64,000 nt of DNA from a virus (lineage: Duplodnaviria; Caudoviricetes). Both the position numbers and the translations under genes were made by a program. Positions 58,519-64,000 of the stretch are shown piece by piece. Under the pieces are notes generated by a model that had not been told where the DNA came from, made no database searches, and saw only the letters and a list, made by a program, of their open reading frames with translations. How positions within the stretch are numbered: position 1 is the first letter of the stretch; each line of letters begins with the position of its first letter. The DNA is taken from positions 1 through 64,000 of the IMG/VR virus record IMGVR_UViG_3300020045_002296, one strand, 5' to 3'.

Positions 58519-59095
58519 GGTAACTAAAGAGTACAACCAAGACTGGTCTGTCCATTTCAAACTTGATCCTAAAAGCCCTTCAGGTCTTGCATGGAATAGA
58601 GAAGTAAGCGTCGGAAGAACTCATAGTAGTGTGTTATTCAAGTGTGGCGATCCCGTTGGAAGTATCAGTTTAAATAAAAAGCTTAAACCTGTTGCTTGGG
58701 TTGTTAAGATTAACAAACTTCGTTACTTTATTCACAGGGTTATTTGGAGTATGAATTATGGTCATACACCGTCTGAGATTATAGTTGACCATATAGATGG
58801 TAATGGTCTAAACAACTCGATAGATAATTTAAGACTTGTAACAATGACAATGAACAACCGAAATAGGAAAATACTTTCTTCTAACAGAACAGGTTTTGCC
58901 GGGGTTGGAAAAGACTTAAAAGCTTATAAAGCAACTTGGAGATATTTAGATGGTACAATAGGTTCTAAGTCATTCCATTTCTCCAAGTACGGCGAAGCTG
59001 AAGCCTTCCGTTTAGCCTGTGAATACCGAACAGCACAGATTAAACTTTTAAATGAAAACGGAGCTAATTACACAGAGCGTCATGGTAACGCTTGA
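58511..59095 (+). CDS. HNH homing endonuclease (YTERHG family)
   Basis: IHRVIWSMNYG..IVDHIDGNGLNN; GANYTERHGNA. Confidence 0.88.
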   Translation: MRKVTKEYNQDWSVHFKLDPKSPSGLAWNREVSVGRTHSSVLFKCGDPVGSISLNKKLKPVAWVVKINKLRYFIHRVIWSMNYGHTPSEIIVDHIDGNGLNNSIDNLRLVTMTMNNRNRKILSSNRTGFAGVGKDLKAYKATWRYLDGTIGSKSFHFSKYGEAEAFRLACEYRTAQIKLLNENGANYTERHGNA

Positions 59096-59155
59096 CTTGT
59101 GCTACAATCAGGGGACAGTGAGAAATCATTGTTCTGTTTAATTAAGGAGTGATAA

Positions 59156-59361
59156 ATGAAACAACAGTACATCTACACATGTGAAGAAACAACTCAAGTA
59201 CAGCTTGCCGTTCTCGTAGCGGGACAAAGCTCTATACAATCAAGGGTGCTTGCCAGAACCAAGTAGACCAGAAGAACTCTTGGTATGCTAAAGATGGTAA
59301 ACCACGGTACGAACTTGTAACTTACGCACTCAATCGCGTACAACCAGAAGAATTGTGCTAG
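59156..59361 (+). pseudogene. small ORF apparently broken by two frameshifts
   Basis: GGAG+ATG; coding-like segments in three frames. Confidence 0.4.
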
Positions 59362-59395
59362 AATACATCTACATTAACTTAAAGGAACTATAGAA

Positions 59396-59845
59396 ATGAC
59401 TAACAAGACACCCAAAGAACTAACCCTCCAAGCAGGTAAAACTTACGTAACTAATGAAGGCGAAATTGTGACAATGGAGGATATTGAATCTCCAGATGAG
59501 TTTTATGAACTACTCGGAAGTAATAACTTTAACTACAGCATAAGTGGTAAAATCTTTAGTTATACTGATTCTGAAGAAGATATTTCCCACGAGGTATTTG
59601 TAGACACTGAAGAACCAGAAGTAATCGACGAATTTTCCTTTAAGCAACGAACCAAAGGAACAAAGCGTAAGCTTACCTTCACGGATTATTCCGATGGTAC
59701 AATCAACCTTAAATTCAAGACTAAAACTAAAGGACAAGACGTACTAATTGGTGGTATCCGCTTGAGTTACGCGGCCTTGGATTTCTTGTACGAGGCTCTG
59801 AGTGAGCTTAAAGCACAGGATATTGACGAACGTACTTATCACTGA
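59396..59845 (+). CDS. hypothetical protein with shared N-terminal module
   Basis: LQAGKTYVTNEG. Confidence 0.6.
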   Translation: MTNKTPKELTLQAGKTYVTNEGEIVTMEDIESPDEFYELLGSNNFNYSISGKIFSYTDSEEDISHEVFVDTEEPEVIDEFSFKQRTKGTKRKLTFTDYSDGTINLKFKTKTKGQDVLIGGIRLSYAALDFLYEALSELKAQDIDERTYH

Positions 59846-60033
59846 ATAACTCAAGGAACTACAATGGAAATCACAGCTATTATCGTAAAGTCAAACGGTC
59901 ATGCTTACTTGGAATCTTTGTGGAGTGATCCTTCGGAAGCACATGAAGAACTAAAACGCTTGTATAAGTTACAAGCAAAAGACTCTTGGCTTGATAATGA
60001 CGTGTATACACTTGAAACAGCAAAGGTACAGTA

Positions 60034-60284
60034 ATGAAAACATTTAAAGACAATGGCGAAGCCTTTGACTTGCCTCTTAAACTCTACGAACTACCACGGG
60101 AGACGTACTTTCGTTTAGCTGATGAAGAACTCCGAGATAACAAAGTGTTCTTCTTGATCATATTGACGGTGCATATAGCTACTGCCTAAACAAAGAAAAC
60201 CAAGTGATTCACTTCAGTTGTGGTACACTCGTTGTACTAGCAAGTCCTAGTGAAGTTTATCAAGCGTTCAACCAAACAATATAA
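60034..60284 (+). pseudogene. small ORF with frameshift near 60152
   Basis: adding one base gives FDHIDGAYSYCLN...IHFS. Confidence 0.55.
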
Positions 60285-60296
60285 CTAAGGAAATAT

Positions 60297-60692
60297 ATGA
60301 CATATCCAAAACTTGAAGTACGAACTATTCAAATGATTGATAGTTTTGAGTTTGACAATCTTGTAAAAGAAGTCTACGGTAAACCTTACTGCTTTCAACA
60401 GCAAGACGGTTGTAAAGAGCGTGGCAATCACACTATTACAATCCCAGATGGTCTATATGATTATGAGAGCACGCTACTACCTGAAGTAATAAACGGGGAT
60501 GAAATGGGTGTAAGCTTTGCTGCTTGGTTAGCTCGTGATCCAAAGGAATGGAATGGCAAACCCGAGCAAGCAGGTTCTCTTAGTCTGTTTTGGGAGCGTA
60601 ACTTCTATCCAGATGTACAAATGATTGCTAATGACTTGCACTCAAAAGGTCTAATTCCTGCCGGTGACTATACTATTGAAATTGATTGGTAA
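60297..60692 (+). CDS. hypothetical protein
   Basis: FWERNFYPDVQMIANDLHSKGLIPAGDY.I.IDW. Confidence 0.65.
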   Translation: MTYPKLEVRTIQMIDSFEFDNLVKEVYGKPYCFQQQDGCKERGNHTITIPDGLYDYESTLLPEVINGDEMGVSFAAWLARDPKEWNGKPEQAGSLSLFWERNFYPDVQMIANDLHSKGLIPAGDYTIEIDW

Positions 60693-60706
60693 TAAAGGAA
60701 CAAAGC

Positions 60707-61405
60707 ATGAACACAAAACGAGAATTCCTCCCCGGAGCTACTTACAGTGACAAACGAGGGAACAAAAGGAAGATCACTGGGAATGACAACGTAGGTTGCT
60801 TTCCTTTGTTGGCTACAACTTTAAGTATTTGCTCCGAACCTATTATTGATGAGTTTACTTTAGCAGGTGGCTACCAAGAGGACGAACCAAGTGACCTTGA
60901 TCTTGTATGGCAGGATCAAGGTCACTACGCTCAGGTACAATTCAAGAACAAGTGTGATTTATTCAATACAATTGCAGGAAAAGATAAAGTTCAATCTGAT
61001 TTTGATCTAGAGAACCAAGTTAAACTAGTACGGGAAGAAGCTCAAGAGTTGTTTGATGCTGTTACTCTAGGAGAACCGCTGGTAAACATCCTCCAAGAAA
61101 CTATTGATGTACTTGTAGTAGCTCAAGGGATGCTGCAACTGCTGGAGTCTTTAGGTTGTGATACCAACGGTGCTTTGCTTGCTGTAGCGGATAAGAACTT
61201 GAGTAAGTTTACGAGTGATCGTGACGAAGCTTGGGAGAGTATGGAGCAATACCACAAAGAAAATAAAGAAGTAACTGTTGAATACAATCGAGAAAACAAC
61301 GTGTATGTACTGAAAGATCAAAATGATAAAGTTCGCAAACCACTTAAATTTACTAGGGTTGATCTTTCTAAGTTTGTACCTAAAGACGTAGAATTCAAGG
61401 TATAA
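60707..61405 (+). CDS. MazG-like NTP pyrophosphohydrolase with extra N-terminal module
   Basis: VREEAQEL...QETIDVLVV...NLSKF...KVRKP. Confidence 0.78.
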   Translation: MNTKREFLPGATYSDKRGNKRKITGNDNVGCFPLLATTLSICSEPIIDEFTLAGGYQEDEPSDLDLVWQDQGHYAQVQFKNKCDLFNTIAGKDKVQSDFDLENQVKLVREEAQELFDAVTLGEPLVNILQETIDVLVVAQGMLQLLESLGCDTNGALLAVADKNLSKFTSDRDEAWESMEQYHKENKEVTVEYNRENNVYVLKDQNDKVRKPLKFTRVDLSKFVPKDVEFKV

Positions 61406-61430
61406 TCTAGGTTAACTTAAAGGAGAACAA

Positions 61431-61883
61431 ATGTTAAACGGTAAAGAGCTTCAGGTTGGTAAGACTTACACAAGGCGAAATGGTTCAACCACAAAGATTG
61501 TGGGGTGTGATGGAAATACTAATACCTATCCTTTCTATGACAACGACGGGCAGGGTTATACACGAAATGGTTCCTTTTATTATAGTGAGGATACCAGTGA
61601 CCTTGATTTGATGCAAGAAGTACAAGAGCAAGACATGGTAAACTCACCGAAACATTACCAGTTATTCCCAGATAGCAACATCGAAGTACGTGATGTACTT
61701 AAGGTACTAGCAGATCGCTTAGGTACTAACGGTTACTCAGGTAGTTTCATCGGTGATTACGTACAGCTAATGCAGTATTTAATGCGTTTTGATATGAAGA
61801 ACGGTAAGGAAGACTTAGAGAAAGCTAAATTCTTCTTGGATAAGATGGTAGAATATAAACTAGTTAATAAGGAAGTTAAATGA
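61431..61883 (+). CDS. DUF3310-like protein with extra N-terminal module
   Basis: DMVNSPKHY...KNGKEDLEKAKFFL. Confidence 0.78.
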   Translation: MLNGKELQVGKTYTRRNGSTTKIVGCDGNTNTYPFYDNDGQGYTRNGSFYYSEDTSDLDLMQEVQEQDMVNSPKHYQLFPDSNIEVRDVLKVLADRLGTNGYSGSFIGDYVQLMQYLMRFDMKNGKEDLEKAKFFLDKMVEYKLVNKEVK

Positions 61884-62128
61884 ACATTATTGAAACACAA
61901 GAACAACCTAAGTTCAAACCAGTAACTGTAGTGTTTGAATCAGCAGAAGAACTACAGTATGTTACTAAGCTTTTAAGCATTGGTAGTAATGCTATATACG
62001 AGAAGTTTACGGGAGATGATTCAAGTACAGCCCCTAACTATAAGATGTATAGTTCTTTGTACGATACCTGTACTAAACTGGGTATTGAGGTAAGAGAGAC
62101 CAACAATACTTATATTGCTACATATTAG
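61880..62128 (+). CDS. FKPV-family paralog 1
   Basis: FKPVTVVFESAEEL. Confidence 0.6.
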   Translation: MNIIETQEQPKFKPVTVVFESAEELQYVTKLLSIGSNAIYEKFTGDDSSTAPNYKMYSSLYDTCTKLGIEVRETNNTYIATY

Positions 62129-62139
62129 GAAAGACTAGC

Positions 62140-62373
62140 ATGAAGAACAAAATTAAATTCCAACGGGTTACTCTTACTTTAAGCAAGAAGGAGCTTAAAC
62201 TCTTGTTTGCCCTTGTAGGCAGTTTAAGTGTAGCAACTGAGCAAGCTATTGTTAAAGGTATCAAGAACGACTTTTCTAAGAAAGCTGACTTGTTTCAACG
62301 GCTAGCAAAAGAAATGGATGATCAGAATGTCAAGTACCCATGTGCAGATATTATTATCTCAGTAAATGATTAA
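62140..62373 (+). CDS. FKPV-family paralog 2 (divergent)
   Basis: FQRVTLTLSKKELKLLFALVGSLS. Confidence 0.5.
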   Translation: MKNKIKFQRVTLTLSKKELKLLFALVGSLSVATEQAIVKGIKNDFSKKADLFQRLAKEMDDQNVKYPCADIIISVND

Positions 62374-62383
62374 GAAAGAACAA

Positions 62384-62848
62384 ATGACTAAAACAATTAC
62401 TAAACTATCCCAGCAAAAGATCAAACCTCAAAGTGGTATCGTGGCATCATGCGTAGTATCTGAATCAGAGCTACAGGAAGTAATCCAAGGGTTTACCTAC
62501 AAGGACTCCACGGATGTTAATAACGAATACACTCAAGAGTTCCTACAAGTGCTATTCAACCTAGGAATGGATACCTCAGAACTAGTCCGAGTAGATCACG
62601 GGATTACTCACCGTAATCGCTTCGGTAAGATCGTTACATGCTCTCGTTGGTACGGTAACGAGCGAGTAGATGATGCTTGGCTTGACAGTGGTTATGCTAG
62701 TCGTGCTGCTAAGGATAAAGCATCCGGGAGTGGCATCCTGATGGATTTGTATGGTTCTCGTGGAGAGACAGAGGGGATGCAACGGGCGTTAGAGCAGCGG
62801 GATAGGCATACAGTAGTGGATGAATCACAATGGGAAAATAAGGAGTAA
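62384..62848 (+). CDS. conserved phage hypothetical protein
   Basis: HRNRFGKIVTCSRWYGNER...W..SGYAS. Confidence 0.65.
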   Translation: MTKTITKLSQQKIKPQSGIVASCVVSESELQEVIQGFTYKDSTDVNNEYTQEFLQVLFNLGMDTSELVRVDHGITHRNRFGKIVTCSRWYGNERVDDAWLDSGYASRAAKDKASGSGILMDLYGSRGETEGMQRALEQRDRHTVVDESQWENKE

Positions 62849-62850
62849 AT

Positions 62851-63153
62851 ATGGGATACTATACAGATTTTGAACTAAGCTTTAACAGCAAAGATAATAA
62901 CCAAGTTATGGAGTCTTTAGGTGAGATTTCCGGTTATACATATTGGTACAGTTTTACAATGAATGGCAAGTGGTACAAATGGCAAGAAGATATGAAGGAA
63001 TTATCTATGCTATATCCTGATGTACTATTTGAGCTTTCAGGTCGAGGGGAAGAACCTGATGATTTATGGGGAGCTTATTTCAAAGGTGGTAAAGCACAGA
63101 TTTGCAAAGCTAAGATCACCTTTGATAAATACGATGAAGACAAAATGGAGTAA
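62851..63153 (+). CDS. hypothetical protein
   Basis: MGYYTDFEL...FELSGRGEE. Confidence 0.65.
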   Translation: MGYYTDFELSFNSKDNNQVMESLGEISGYTYWYSFTMNGKWYKWQEDMKELSMLYPDVLFELSGRGEEPDDLWGAYFKGGKAQICKAKITFDKYDEDKME

Positions 63154-63155
63154 AT

Positions 63156-63401
63156 ATGAAGATTGAACAAGTAAAAGAAACATTTAAGCCAGTAGTTATT
63201 ACACTAGAAACCAAAGAGGAATTCTTGTTTCTACTGAGTATTATTGGAGGAACATCTGAACGTACCTTCCGTGATATTACTAATGCGGGCAAAGAGAGTG
63301 ACATACTGTGGCCTATGTTTCAACAAATTGATAAGCTGGCAAAGGATATAGGTTTAGCGAAATATAAAAGCGCAGGAATCACTGTACTTAATGATGAGTG
63401 A
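63156..63401 (+). CDS. FKPV-family paralog 3
   Basis: FKPVVITLETKEEF. Confidence 0.6.
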   Translation: MKIEQVKETFKPVVITLETKEEFLFLLSIIGGTSERTFRDITNAGKESDILWPMFQQIDKLAKDIGLAKYKSAGITVLNDE

Positions 63402-63591
63402 AGAAGCAATAGGTGAGATAGCTTGCTGGATTTATCTTGTGTTGTTCTTGGGTTATTTGTGGTATATTGATAGAAGTAACCGAGAGCATAACAAGACCCA
63501 AGCTATAGCAGCAAAGATAAAGATTACATTGACAAACATAATTTGTAAAGGAAACCAACATGAAAATTCAACATCAAGCAAACGGTTTTAA
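63391..63591 (+). CDS. small membrane protein
   Basis: N-terminal TM segment. Confidence 0.4.
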   Translation: MMSEEAIGEIACWIYLVLFLGYLWYIDRSNREHNKTQAIAAKIKITLTNIICKGNQHENSTSSKRF

Positions 63592-63802
63592 ACCCTTTAA
63601 TATTGCAGTACAATCACCAGAAGAACTAAAGCTTTTGTTGAGTCTCTTTGGAGGCTTGTCTGAGGATATGGTCAAGGACTTGACAGGAGATTATATTAAT
63701 GATCAGTTTGCATATAATGTTTACGGTGAACTAAATGGTATTGCAGTTAGTTATGGTATTGATACGCACAAGCAAATTAATATCAAAGTTGTGAAGTATT
63801 AA
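63560..63802 (+). CDS. FKPV-family paralog 4
   Basis: FKPFNIAVQSPEEL. Confidence 0.6.
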   Translation: MKIQHQANGFKPFNIAVQSPEELKLLLSLFGGLSEDMVKDLTGDYINDQFAYNVYGELNGIAVSYGIDTHKQINIKVVKY

Positions 63803-63849
63803 GTAGTCGGCAGTTAGTAGAATTAACAAGTAATAAAGAAAAGGAAAAT

Positions 63850-64000
63850 ATGCAGGAAAATAATAAGACAGTAACTCCGTGGTCATCAGTTGGGTACTTG
63901 ACGTACAAACGTACATACTCTCGCCGTTTAGATGAAAACAACATCAATTCGGCTACTGAAGAATTTCCAGATACGATCAACCGTGTAGTACAGGCTGCAC
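63850..64000 (+). CDS. nrdJ: class II (B12-dependent) ribonucleotide reductase, 5' part only
   Basis: TPWSSVGYLTYKRTYSR...TEEFPDTINRVV; truncated by the window end. Confidence 0.78.
   Translation, partial: MQENNKTVTPWSSVGYLTYKRTYSRRLDENNINSATEEFPDTINRVVQAA

Noticed and set aside
1-64000. Alternative genetic code (TAG/TGA recoding)
   Set aside because: Long core genes are open in code 11 and end in all three stops; the breaks are explained by introns or frameshifts; no suppressor tRNA seen.

Overview
64 kb of an AT-rich tailed dsDNA phage genome, probably a siphovirus (long tape measure, no sheath or baseplate wedge genes; no integrase or RNA polymerase in the window). Layout: (1) 1-11.4 kb leftward accessory arm of small ORFs (HNH, thioredoxin, Imm-like, ClpP-like, metallophosphoesterase); (2) 13.0-15.2 kb RNA locus with only one canonical tRNA (Arg-TCT), four aberrant tRNA-like elements and three non-tRNA structured RNA candidates; (3) 15.8-41.4 kb packaging, head, tail and lysis genes, with a group I intron in terL, an apparent ATC start on the XkdF-like protease and a UCC-UUU-CGC +1 frameshift candidate in the tail chaperone; (4) 41.5-64 kb replication and nucleotide genes (ligase, T7-like primase-helicase, DenV, family A polymerase carrying both an intein and a group I intron, SSB, exonuclease, endonuclease VII, MazG-like, start of class II RNR). 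About ten homing-endonuclease genes are scattered throughout. About a dozen accessory genes are broken by apparent single-base deletions while all core genes are intact. All calls are by eye from motifs; no database search or folding program was run.
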